A stretch of DNA of 64,000 nt from Amphiscolops sp. MND2022. Taxonomy: Eukaryota. Below, piece by piece: positions 22,185 to 33,939 of this stretch; the first letter of the stretch is position 1, and every line of letters begins with the position of its first letter. The notes below the pieces were generated by a model. That model ran no database searches, was not told where the DNA came from, and saw nothing but the letters and a program-made list of their open reading frames with translations. The stretch lies in contig OZ076415.1 in NCBI GenBank assembly GCA_964187785.1, forward strand, positions 65,906,001 to 65,970,000, given 5' to 3'. Both the position numbers and the translations under genes were made by a program.

Positions 22185-25100
22185 TTCAGCGTCAGATAGG
22201 TTCAAACTGCTTGACTAGAACTCTTTTTGTACCCAAAATTAGTCTCAGGGTCAAAGTCAAGATGAGCTCCTGTGGTCACAGCGTGCTGAAAAAAGCTTCA
22301 GGTCTTTCACGCAATGCGTTGAGCTGGAAAATTGTGCGCTGGGGCACAAGGATGCGGTAGTGTCGGATAGTGTACTCGAAACAAACAGTCGAGCTGTCTA
22401 TTGACCTCTCAACCTAAAGGAGTTTGGGTGTGTTGCAATTACCCAAAAGTGTTTTCTGCAGAAGTGACATGTTATTCGGTGTTTGTTTTACCTGGCATAG
22501 CAGAAAAACACACGTCGTTTAAGTTGGACGAATGACCTGCCAAAGCTGATAAACACCTCCAGCAACAAGCTAGAGACTTTTTCACCAATTTTTTGAAATT
22601 TTCAAATTTTTTGAAAATTACTCAAGTGGCTCGTACAAAGTGTGGGAACGTAGGATCGTGCTCAAAATCAGCCACTCGGTCCCTCGTCTAGCCAGGCGCA
22701 CTGCAGTAAGCACCAATGGGGTCTCAGGCTATTGGATGAGTTTCCGATACGGTACAAGTGTTCCGTATAGACGAGTCTCAACTGATACGATTTTTCAATG
22801 TGCAATCAATGACTGTCGTCCACGATGCTGAGCTCTCAAGCTCACTTTTACAGAGACGTTGCATCCAATGACACTGACAACAATGGTCCACAGCAAAGTG
22901 GTCCCAACTTTCCGATGAGGTGCTCCGATAACTCTCAAAATTGGTCCAATTTGTCACAATACACAGGATATCACCACTGTAAGAAACGAAATGCTGTCTC
23001 AGCAAAGCAGCACAGTCGATACTGGCCACAAATAGCACGTACAGCAATATGAATTCACGACCAAGAGTTGTGACAAGGGGGTTTTCCGCAGGTTTCTAAC
23101 GTATAGCTGGGTTTAACCCCACTTTTCCAATTTTCGTCTCGGTGAAACCTTAAGTCCAAATCACGATATGCACGTCTCAAGTTGGTCAAAATCACTTCTA
23201 TGGGTCGGAGCGGCCTCAAATTTACTCAGGCAGTTGTTACCAACCCACAAGCCCAGAAAATGAGTTTGGTTCAGAGTTACACGTTCTCTGAGACAAGCAC
23301 GAGATGTTTACAACAAATTTTGAACTTTCTCGGAGATAACAAAAAAAACACAAGTTGCTCGGATTCGTCACTCGACAGTCGGATCTGGCTCAAAGTTGAC
23401 CAGGGGACCCTACAGACACGTAGGTACACGATAGTGAACGCCGATTTGGGTTCCGTGACTTGTACACACTTTCCCCTGGGCACAGACGTTGCGATACTCC
23501 TGTGTATCAGTAGGGGTCAAAATGCACACTAATCACACAATTTCTGAGCACTGGTTGTAGTCAGCGGTCTGGTTTTTCCGCTAGCGGTGTGCCAACTAGT
23601 ATCGGTTGCGTTGGTCAGCAATAAACTGTTCTCACTCTCCGGCTAAGGTATCCGGGTCTTTCCCAAAAAAAATTGAAAAAACGGCCATTTTGTACCTGTT
23701 TTTATGCAGTACGTTTCCGTCAATTTCTCAACGAATACTGCACTGATCGGCACGAAACCTAATACACGTTCCCAGTGGGCACCCACAATGCTGGTATTAC
23801 AGCTCAATGGAAACTTTCGAGTTTACCGGGAACTTGGGCTAGGCGTGGACACGATCTTAGAAAAAACGGTCTTTTTTGACACTTTTTTCACAAATCGGCT
23901 AAGAGGGTCGACACTACAAATGTTACGGCAGGGTCAGTAGGGTTAACGCGTTGCCCCACTGGTCACAGTACTGCCACAAGCCCTCAATTAGCCGTGCCTG
24001 TTAGGTATGAGGCACTGTCGGTCCTACAGTTTTGGAAAAATTCGGCTGTCATAGCTCGTTCTGATGTCGAAACGTCAGAGAGCTTTTCTCAACTTTGGTT
24101 AGCGCTAAGTCCACCAAATTTTCGGTGCGAGCGTTTATTTTGATGGTAATTGCAAAAATGCAACCACTTTTTGGCTAGGGTTCGGGGATCTATGACCCGA
24201 CCCTAACAATTGGACAGTCCGATTTTGTGGAAATTTGATCAAATTCAGTGCGTTTTTCCCTTTTGCTCAACACTGAATGGGAGTTTTGCTCGCAATTTTC
24301 ACTAAAATGCGTTATTTTTATTATAAAAACAGAAAATTAGAGCGCTTGGGCTCCCAGGTTACGAAAACACAGAGTGCCCTATAGGTTTTAATTTTGCACT
24401 CTGACACTCATGAAACTGGCCAAAAATCAAGGTTTTTCGACTGGTGATCACTAAGAAAACGTTACAAACTCTTCTAAATCCTATTTTCGGTACTGTGAAG
24501 TGTGTCCCAAACTAATAGCAGCAAGGAAGAGGCAATTACATTACTATCTGGCACTCTCCCAGTAGCATTTCATGGTGGTTTTTTGCCAATTTCGCCAAAA
24601 ACCGGGTTTTTTTTACAAAATGCGTCCCAAAAAGGACTCCAATGGTCTTCTGGTGAACATTACATTATGTAGCAGTACCCTAGAGGTTTCGAGCTGCTTT
24701 CCATCCATTTTTGCAACTTCTGTGGTAAAAATCTAGAGCGCATGGGCTCGTACCTAGAAAAACATTCAAAAGTGTCAAAATTGACGTTTTTGCTACTTTT
24801 GCACCAAAAATCGGACTTTTCTCACTGAAAACGGTTGCAAGAGCACACACTAAATTGCAACAGGGTACAACTAGCATGAACAAACGATTCCCCATCAAAA
24901 ATTACACAATCGAAAAAATTTTTCATACCATACTCCAAAAATTTGATTCTTCCGGAAAGAGGGGTGGTACCTTCGTTGTCCTTTTTCTCAACATCCAGAC
25001 CAGCTAGAGAGAAACGATTTGAACCGTCGGCAACGTCAACACTGGTTCTACTTTTCCATCAAATCCCATCTTTCAATGACGTCTGTAGCAGAAATGGGAA

Positions 25101-25513
25101 AGGAGAGTCGGGAACACTCGTTTCAGCTCATCTATCAGTCAGATGGAATATGGCGCATCCATCAACTGAATACCTCGTACATAGCCAAAAACGCTGAAAT
25201 GAGCTGTAAAACACCTGTTACGACATGCATAACGGCTTTCTAGTGGTTCCCTAAGCCATTACAAAGGTACCCGCTGATGGGAACGTGCAATTTTAGACGA
25301 TACCTGTCAATAAATACCTGTTATCGAAACATACCATAGGTATTCGGAAAAATCCCGTGAAAGATTAGAAAAATACCAAAATATAACATCATATCATTTA
25401 AAAAACATGGAAAAACTCTGGGTAAACGTCTCCTTCCAGAGCCAAATCGTTCTTGGCGTCAAACACCAGAGGGCCGGAAATTTTAATAACCATGAAGGAA
25501 AGCTTCCAAAAGA

Positions 25514-25533
25514 CGATCCCCCTGTGGTCGCCA
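25514..25533 (-). promoter_or_regulatory. Primer-binding site TGGCGACCACAGGGGGATCG (probably tRNA-Arg type)
   Basis: Plus strand reads CGATCCCCCTGTGGTCGCCA, i.e. a tRNA T-arm/acceptor/CCA end, 15 nt from the LTR end. The Arg assignment is inferred from a GACCAC acceptor stem and G discriminator. Confidence 0.8.
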
Positions 25534-25548
25534 AAAAATGAAGTTCCA

Positions 25549-26287
25549 TGTAACGGCAAGCGCTAAGCGTTTGGGACGAAACATTGGAGTGGAGAAACTG
25601 ACACTATGGATATGGTCCGGGACAAACCACCATAGCACCAGCTCACTTTGTCCTCCTGTGGGTAGCCGGTCCCGAGGAGGGGGAACCGTCTTAAAGGATG
25701 CTCTCCGGCCTGATCCAGTCTGTAATTGCTTAGAATAACGGGCATTATGTTTTTTCTCTTCATAACCACCGTCTAGACAGCTTTTAAAAACAATACAAAG
25801 GATAAACAGTGTAAATTCCCAATTCCAGAGTGAAATTCCAGGGTGACATGTGAATAAGGTCTAAAATGGGTACTAAGATCTAAACTGCGAAAACTAGCGC
25901 ATGGGCTAGCTAAAAACAGTAGAAACACATCAAAATAGGCACGAATATGGCCAACCACACAGCTACAAGCTGGGGCGCAAGGACTCCAAGCACCAAAAAA
26001 GGATAATTAAGCGAAAAGACGCATTTTTCCGGTTCTTGCTACTTTGGGTAGCATAATGCTGAAAATCGGTAAAAACCGGAGTTAGCACCTCAAAAAGAGT
26101 CTATTTATGAGTTTTCTGAGCGCATCGTTTTCCCGTTCGGTCGTCTCCGCGGGCGGCTTGCTTCGTCTTCTGAACTGCTTTTTGACAGGTACTTTGGCCA
26201 AAAACATGCTCAATTTGCCACGTCAGATTTGAACGAAATTTTGGTCGATTTTTCTGAAAACTCGTTGTTCCACAGGTTTCCGTTACA
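25549..26287 (-). repeat. 5' LTR (739 bp)
   Basis: TGTAACGG at 25549 and CCGTTACA ending 26287; highly similar to 18585-19315. Confidence 0.85.
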
Positions 26288-26647
26288 TAAATTTAGAGCA
26301 TGAAAAAGTCACCGATAAGCTCCAAACGTTTTACTGAAAGTGCTCGGCAATCTATGAAAAGTGGTAAAACTTCAGCGCACTTCCAACTAAGGATACTCTC
26401 TTGTCAATTTCTGACTTTTAAAACCTAATTACAACAAACCTGTAAGCTTTCACTCAAGGTGCTTTTGCACGCTTTTTTGTCCGAAAAATGAAACGGCAGT
26501 CATACCTAGCAGTAATCAAGCAAAAAAAGAGCCTTTGAATTTTTCACTCATGAAGTCTCATTTTCGGATTACCCAATCCACTTATTGAGAATCTTCCTCG
26601 CCGTAATCCGTTTCACGTTAATGACAATCAAATAAGTAACAATTTTC

Positions 26648-26950
26648 AACAAGACGCCCGCTAAGCACCGGGATATTTTCCCCAACTTAGTTGACTATTT
26701 TAGTTACTAGAAACTAAATGCGTCACTATGAGGAATTTACTAGAGTGAGCATACGTCACTATGCGGGAATGAGACTCTGAGCATACGTCACTATGCGGAT
26801 TTCACTGGAGCGAGTATGCGCCAGCATTATTCAAGTAACTAAAATAGTCAAGTAGTGGATGGAGATCGCGGAGCTTTGGCAGAATATGGAAAAAAACGCA
26901 ACACAGATTATGCTTCCACTCCGCCGTTATATGTGGGCGGAAAATAATAA
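26648..26950 (-). mobile_element. HINE-like short element, copy 2
   Basis: Same termini as copy 1 (AACAAGACGCCCGCTAAGCACCGGGATATTTTCC ... GGGCGGAAAATAA). Confidence 0.6.
26691..26851. mobile_element. 161-bp MITE-like insert with perfect 18-bp TIRs inside HINE-like copy 2
   Basis: TTGACTATTTTAGTTACT (26691-26708) / AGTAACTAAAATAGTCAA (26834-26851); internal GCATACGTCACTATGCGG repeats. Confidence 0.75.
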
Positions 26951-27166
26951 ACCAACTCAGCATGTATCCGATTAGTAGGGTTTTTAAAAGAAAACTTTCA
27001 ACTTTCAGCTTTCAACTATGATTGTTTTTAAAAATTCTCGGAAAAATGTTCACGTTCAGAAGTGAAAGATTAATATTTCATCCCACACATTGATAATTTG
27101 AAGCAACGCCATTGTTAAATTCTTCTTAAGGTTCTTGAAATGGTACAAAGCACACCAAAACGGAAA

Positions 27167-27413
27167 AACAAGACGCCCCCTAAAAACCGGAAAATTTTCC
27201 GCCAAAAATTGTAACGCGTCGGCACGTATTAAAGCTCACAAGCTCCTGTCTGCCAAGCAGACGCACTACCAATAGCGCTATGAAGACTACAATACGAAAT
27301 GGATTAATAACTAAATTGAGTAATAAAGTGGAGGTTCAGCTAAATTTGGGAAAAAAAAACGGAACAAAGATTATAATTTTTCTCCTCCATTAAATGTGGG
27401 CGGAAAATAACAA
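27167..27413 (-). mobile_element. HINE-like short element, copy 3, with a full-length tRNA-like segment
   Basis: Termini AACAAGACGCCCCCTAAAAACCGGAAAATTTTCCGCC ... GGGCGGAAAATAACAA; minus-strand TAGCGCTATTGGTAG (A-box-like) and a decayed T-arm at ~27210-27285. Confidence 0.55.
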
Positions 27414-27619
27414 TTGAGAATGACAGGATATAAACTCGATGAATTATTGAAATGACCTTAGATTGGTTGAATGGGAAAAATTGTAGTCTAGACTTGCATT
27501 TCAGGTATATATGCTAAATACTGCACGACATTCATAATCCTGGTTATCAAGTTACTGATAATAGAGACAATGAAGAGTCACAATGACGTAATCTTGATCT
27601 AATAGATATTAAGAGCTTG

Positions 27620-28150
27620 ACAACATTACATAAAAAAAACGGGGAAGGGGTGTTACATCTTTACAAGAGGGACATTGTCAGAATGAGGCAACGTCCTGAA
27701 AATGCGGACGTTAGGATCACTGTTGGTAACTTTCTCAGTAAGGGCTCTAACCGTACTCGTTAATACTCCAATTTGGCTGTTCATTTCCAAGAATCTCTGT
27801 TATATCCTGAATCTTTCATGATCCCTTTCTTGCGTCTCAACGTATCATCATCATGATCGTTAAAGTAACTTCCCGAGTAGTGGTCAGCCACGCTAATGTT
27901 ATCTTCATTGTCAGAGTGTTCATCTCCTCTTGTCCGCTCTACTCTATTCTCTCTAAGAATCTGAGATCTTCTGTTCACCATTTTTCAAGTAATAAGTTAG
28001 TTTTGAGAGGTTTGAATTAATATCGGTTTGAGAAGAGTGGTAATGTATATGTAAATGAGCTAGGTAAAAGGTTAATTTCGATATCGTGTAAAATACGTCT
28101 GTTCTCAATGGTAGCACAATTTCAACTGGTGATTTTCTGCTTCGTTTTAG
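27620..28150 (-). pseudogene. Possible LTR-retrotransposon gag N-terminal relic
   Basis: Frameshifted MVNRRSQILREN...MNSQIGVLTSTVRALTEKV coiled-coil-like reading. A plus-strand GGGGAAGGGG|TGTTAC PPT/LTR-like junction at ~27640 suggests a chimeric relic. Confidence 0.3.
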
Positions 28151-28559
28151 CACCTTATATATTTCAAATCAAGCGTACATAATACCTAATAATTTGCGTC
28201 TCCTTCTTCGGTGTTTCTTATTGATTTGGCAAGTCAAACTTCAATGTGCGTTAAGCGACAGGTAGCTTCGGTCGTCATTAATCTCTTACACAGCACTTTC
28301 GCACCTGTTATTACATTCCTAATCTTCACACTTTTAGCTCTGACAAATTTGCGATTAGAGTGGTAGTGGTAACAATGGATACAAAACTTTCATATAATAT
28401 AGATTAATGCACTAATTGTCGGTGATGACTAATTGTTTTGGTTGTTGGTTTGAATCGACGGTATGCATGAAATTTGCAACTACTGAATGAAATGAATTGA
28501 TGAATACTGCTTAATAGATGGGAAATGGTTTTCGTGAAATACTGGACGATGCACTGTAA

Positions 28560-29386
28560 GACTATATGTAAAAATTGCAAGTAATGTGTTTTAGGGAAAT
28601 GGACAACCGGATAGGCCGGTCGTTCTTTACTGTAAAAAATGTTTCATGAGTTTTCAGTTCGTGTTGGGTTTCAAATGTAGCTTCTGACGACTGGGGCGTG
28701 TCGTCGTTATATACATCATGTCGTTCGGCATGACAGACATGGAACGATACATGAAGAGAACTACGTTTTATATTACATGTCCTGACGTCACTAATTGATA
28801 AAATCAAAATTACGTAAACTGTGGACTGCCGGTCTGCCTGACTACAACAACTAATAATCACCTCGGATTGTTTGGGAGCCAGAATTAGGAAGGAGTCAAG
28901 TGGTCCCTTGGGTGCAACCAGCACATGGTTAAATGCTGCCGGGCCGGCCCGGGCGGGCCTATAGCCGGGCTTTTTTGAGCCTAATTTTTTTCGGGCCTGT
29001 ATACCAATTTGGAAAATGAATCGAAAATTAAACTGGGCTATATAATTTCCGCAATTGATTCCTTTCCTTTGCTCGCTGTAGATTTGGACGTTCGGTAATT
29101 ACAAATACAAAACTCTCACTATACAATTACAAAGACAATCACATGTAAAGTATTCTCTGCCAAAAAACTGTCTGATTTGATTTCTGTTGTAAAAAAACAG
29201 GATTTTTGAATTCTCATGATGCGTATACCTGAATATCATTTACAATTCATTTCCGGGTATCAAATTCGTTTTCGGGCAGTTTCGTCGGGTATTAAAAACG
29301 TTCAAAAATATTGGGTCGTGTTAGGATTTTTGAAACGGGCTCGGGCCGGGCTTTGATTAGAAAATCATAACCCGGTTCCAACTCTG
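28560..29386 (-). mobile_element. hAT-like DNA transposon relic (one terminus plus an N-terminal fragment)
   Basis: Minus-strand terminus CAGAGTTGGAACCGGG, GC-rich GCCCG subterminal repeats, and KGPLDSFL in ORF 28562..28924; partner TIR not found. Confidence 0.35.
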
Positions 29387-29625
29387 AGCTCAACGTGTTT
29401 CCTTCCACATCTTATAGTCATTCATTTATGTGAACTATTTCATCATTTTACTACAACTAATTCAACATCCAAACGTTTGCACTAGTTAATAGGAATGTGG
29501 TACTCCTGACTAAGTGTGGTCCTAAGCAATTTCTCCTTACTAAGTGTTGTTCCTATAACATAATTGTAGTCCCTGCATATTTTGTCGGAATAACTATTAT
29601 AACGTAGACAGCTATGTTCACATAC

Positions 29626-29755
29626 CCCTAGTGCCCTAAATGCAGGAGTGAAACGAAGCAGAGCGACGTGCCATATGGCCATGCCTCCATGTTGCTACTT
29701 GGCGAAGGCAGCGAAGCGGCCGAGCCATACAACAAATATGCTAACCTCTTCAAAT
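29626..29755 (+). mobile_element. piggyBac-like terminus (CCCTAGTGCCC...), inverted relative to 59761-59885
   Basis: ~130-bp homology to the reverse complement of 59761-59885; boundary at CCCTAG; flank is ATAC rather than TTAA. Confidence 0.55.
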
Positions 29756-29793
29756 CAAGTTCCTTACAAAATGGCTGCAGCTAGAATTCGAAT

Positions 29794-29839
29794 TACTAGC
29801 TTTTAGTGCTGTTATATGTAACAGCACTAAAAGCTAGTA
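29794..29839. repeat. Perfect 21-bp inverted repeat with 4-nt loop
   Basis: TACTAGCTTTTAGTGCTGTTA-tatg-TAACAGCACTAAAAGCTAGTA. Confidence 0.95.
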
Positions 29840-29846
29840 TGTTGAA

Positions 29847-32800
29847 TTCCGCTGTTTCGAACTACAATAGTGATATTTCTAAAAGCAACAAAAGGCAAAT
29901 CTCAAAATCGAATATCTCTAAAACAGTAGCATTTGAGAAATAATAAAAGTGAAAGTTACTTAGATTTTTATCTAGTTTACAAATATCTTTATTTGAAAGT
30001 TATGCGATGACAATTGTAGAAGTTAGGATAACCCATTTTTAACCAAATTTAGGTCAAAATTGAGATTTTTCCCACTTTTAGTCAACTTTTGCTTGATATT
30101 TTAGAGAAATGATATGTGCAATCGACTCCCCTGATTTCACTGAAGCCCTTGATATGTTTTGATTTAGAAATCATCCTAAAATGGAAAAAAAGCTGTAAAA
30201 TTAGGCTTTTCAAAAATACATGTATCAAGATATGATTTTGAACTTTATCAACTTAACACAAGCTCATACTAATACAATTTAGAAAATTTTCGAGAAAAAA
30301 ATAAATATATTCAGATTCGGAATGTTTAGGAAAACTTTTCGGTCAAAATTAATTTGAAATCAAAATATTGTAATTCGGTCAGATATTCGAAAAACTACAA
30401 AATGATGTTTTGGAAATCGCTCTCGACCAATGAAATGAGCGCGTGAGACCTTGATCAGCCAATGATATTTGTTTATTTGCTTTCTTTTCGCGTGCTATGT
30501 TTCTTCTTCTAGAATCACTACTGTACATGTTTGTTTTACGTTGGCTCTTCTAAATTTGCTAGGGACCACACTTAGTCAGGAGTTCCAGGAATGTATTTGA
30601 TATATAATGAACAAGACGAATAAAAAATTCGCACAGTGCCGAAAAATCCAAAGGGGGACCCTTTAGGCACATCCGGTTTTGTAAGTTTCCTTGAAAAGTA
30701 AAACATGAAAGGGGGACCCTTTGGACTAAGGTTGCCTTGGCGGGACTTGGCCTTAGGTGGTTTCAGGATTGTTGGGGCCTCGAAAATAACTTGAAATCAG
30801 CTGTTCGAAAAATACCCTAAAAAAGCCTAATTGGTGGCTGTAAAAGATTGAGTTTTGGGAATCACACTCTAGGATGGTCGGCGACCGACATATTTTTGGC
30901 CAATTAATCCATCTAGGGTAAAAAACCGGAAATCGAAGGCAAAAATTTGAAAAATATTTTTTTCCTGGGACAAAATCAGACTTTTCTTCTAATATAGTAC
31001 AAATTTGGTAATTTATCGTCCTGCTTGTGTATTTAACTTGTCAAGTGGTCATATTTGGTTATATCTAGTCCAGGCGGAAGCCGGTAGAGGTTTTGTAACC
31101 TGATAGAAACTTTGTGGGCAAATAACAAATTTAATCATGAACCACAAAACCTTGTAGATGTATGCTTCAGATGTTGATATACCAATATCTTTATATACTT
31201 TATCGACTCGAAAGTGGGCAGTTTGTTAACTTTATGTATCATTATAGAACCTTTATGGTGCCCTCATATTTGATTGTAAACATGGCAGTTTATGTAATTT
31301 CCTGTATTGATACCAACCCAAGTTAACTCCTTCTTGAAAGAGAGACCCAAAAAGTGAGATTGAAAACGGTTGATATTCCTTGTTCAAGCAACCAAGAAAG
31401 TAATTGTTCGGAACTTTATCAATTGAGTATTCAAGTTAAATTGGGCTATTATAGAGCTATTTCGAAATTGTTCTTGTTTTGATACTGGATTCGAGATTCC
31501 AACAATATATTATTATTGCATTTCGCTCGAAAAGGTTTTGAGACAGAAGACTTTCAATCTTTTGGCAAAGTTATTCGACTACAATTTGTTACTCCCCAAT
31601 TTCATCAACCAGTCAACGGTTTAGTGAGTTTTATGAGAAAACTCTTCAAGTCAGTAAATTCTATGTTTTCAAAACAAGTCGAAAAGTGGTCACAGATGCA
31701 GTAATTGCTTCACCGACCATCGGAAACTTGTTTAAACAATAGGTATTGTCCAGAACTTGAAAAGATGGGACATTTTGAAGTTATTGAAAGTAGTGGATTT
31801 TGCAAGTGCCTTTCTCGCAGAAACAGTTCTTAGACTTTCGAACTACAATAGTAGTTCCGCTATTTCGAACTACAATAGTGATATTTCTAAAAGCAACAAA
31901 AGGCAAATCTCAAAATCGAATATCTCTAAAACAGTAGCATTTGAGAAATAATAAAAGTGAAAGTTAATTAGATTTTTATCTAGTTTACAAATATCTTTAT
32001 TTGAAAGTTATGCGATGACAATTGTAGAAGTTAGAATAACCCATTTTTAACCAAATTTAGGTCAAAATTGAGATTTTTCCCACTTTTAGTCAACTTTTGC
32101 TTGATATTTTAGAGAAATGTTATGTGCAATTGACTCCCCTGATTTCACTGAAGCCCTTGATATGTTTTGATTTAAAAATCATCCTAAAATGGTAAAAAAA
32201 GCTGTAAAATTAGGCTTTTCAAAAATACATGTATCAAGATATGATTTTGAACTTTATCAACTTAACACAAGCTCATACTAATACAATTTAGAAAATTTTC
32301 GAGAAAAAAATAAATATATTCAGATTCGGAATGTTTAGGAAAACTTTTCGGTCAAAATTAATTTGAAATCAAAATATTGTAATTTGGTCAGATATTCGAA
32401 AAACTACAAAATGATGTTTTGGAAATCGCTCTTGACCAATGAAATGAGCGCGTGAGACCTTGATCAGCCAATGATATTTGTTTATTTGCTTTCTTTTCGC
32501 GTGCTATGTTTCTTCTTCTAGAATCACTACTGTACATGTTTGTTTTACGTTGGCTCTTCTAAATTTGCTAGGGACCACACTTAGTCAGGAGTTCCAGGAA
32601 TGTATTTGATATATAATGAACAGGACGAATAAAAAATTCGCACAGTGCCGAAAAACCCAAAGGGGGACCCTTTAGGCACATCCGGTTTTGTAAGTTTCCC
32701 TGAAAAGTAAAACAAGAAAGGGAGACCCTTTGGACTAAGGTTGCCTTGGCGGGACTTGGCCTTAGGTGGTTTCAGGATTGTTGGCGCCTCGAAAATATCT

Positions 32801-33843
32801 TGAAATCAGCTGTTCGAAAAATACCCTAAAATAGCCCAAATGGTGGCTGTAAAAGATTGAGTTTTGGGAATCACACTCAAGGATGGTCGGCGACCGACAT
32901 ATTTTTGGTCAATTAAACCATCTAGGGTAAAAAACCGGAAATCGAAGGCAAAAATTTGAAAAATATTTTTTTCTGGGGCAAAATCAGACTTTTCTTCTAA
33001 TATAGTACAAATTTGGTAATTTATCGTCCTGCTTGTGTATTTAACTTGTCAAGTGGTCATATTTGGTTATATCTAGTCCAGGCGGAAGCCGGTAGAGCTT
33101 TTGTAACCTGATAGAAGCTTTGTGGGCAAATAACAAATTTAATCATGAACCACAAAACCTTGTAGATGTATGCTTCAGATGTTGATATACCAATATCTTT
33201 ATATACTTTATCGACTCGAAAGTGGGCAGTTTGTTAACTTTATGTATCATTATAGAACTTTTACGGTGCCCTCATATTTGATTGTAAACATGGCAGTTTA
33301 TGTAATTTTCTGTTTTGATACCAACCCAAGTTAACTCCTTCTTGAAAGAGAGACCCAAAAAGTGAGATTGAAAACGGTTGATATTCCTTGTTCAAGCAAC
33401 CAAGAAAGTAATTGTTCGGAACTTTATAGTTTGAGTATTCAAGTTAAATTGGGCTATTATAGAGCTATTTCGAAATTGTTCTTGTTTTGATACTGGATTC
33501 GAGATTCCAACAATATATTATTATTGCATTTCGCTCGAAAAGGTTTTGAGACAGAAGACTTTCAATCTTTTGGCAAAGTTATTCGACTACGATTTGTTAC
33601 TCCCCAATTTCATCGACGAGTCAACGGTTTGGTGAGTTTTATGAGAAAACTCTTCAAGTCAGTAAATTCTATGTTTTCAAAACAAGTCGAAAAGTGGTCA
33701 CAGATGCAGTAATTGCTTCACCGACCATCGGAAACTTGTTTAAACAATAGGTATTGTCCAGAACTTGAAAAGAAGGGACATTTTGAAGTTATTGAAAGTA
33801 GTGGATTTTGCAAGTGTTTTTCTCGCAGAAACAGTTCTTAGAC
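29847..33843 (+). repeat. Tandem duplication, period 2008 bp (upstream flank + BEL LTR)
   Basis: Units 29847-31835 and 31855-33843; paired ORFs 31516/33524 are offset by 2008; the units differ by scattered SNPs. Confidence 0.95.
30770..31835 (+). repeat. 3'-truncated copy of the BEL LTR
   Basis: Starts TGTTGGGGCC after the same flank as 32779 and stops at CTTAGAC before the filler. Confidence 0.9.
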
Positions 33844-33921
33844 GTGCCCGCAAGTTGTCAACCAGGCCGTCGTAAAGCTTGGTAAGTTATTTTGTTATCA
33901 TACCTTGCAGACGTAAAATTT

Positions 33922-33939
33922 TGGTGCCGCGACCCGGGA
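33922..33939 (+). promoter_or_regulatory. BEL PBS TGGTGCCGCGACCCGGGA (tRNA-Phe/His-type)
   Basis: 18-nt complement of a tRNA 3' end; identical copy at 44915-44932. Confidence 0.85.

Larger units (their letters stand above)
18585..26287 (-). mobile_element. Non-autonomous or decayed LTR retroelement (Gypsy-like signals), ~7.7 kb
   Basis: Two ~735-bp LTRs with 8-bp terminal inverted repeats TGTAACGG...CCGTTACA, a PBS next to the right LTR, and a PPT followed by a truncated LTR start at 19765. No recognisable RT; no matching TSD. Confidence 0.8.

Noticed and set aside
21130-22218. Plus-strand ORFs opposite the orphan ORF
   Set aside because: Antisense shadows of a GC-richer open frame; no independent features.
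22620-23480. piggyBac-like transposase reading (NFESY, LYGTLVPYRK, WLILST)
   Set aside because: The resemblance is weak, lacks convincing DDD residues, and competes with an equally weak retroviral protease/RT-start reading expected at this position in the LTR element.
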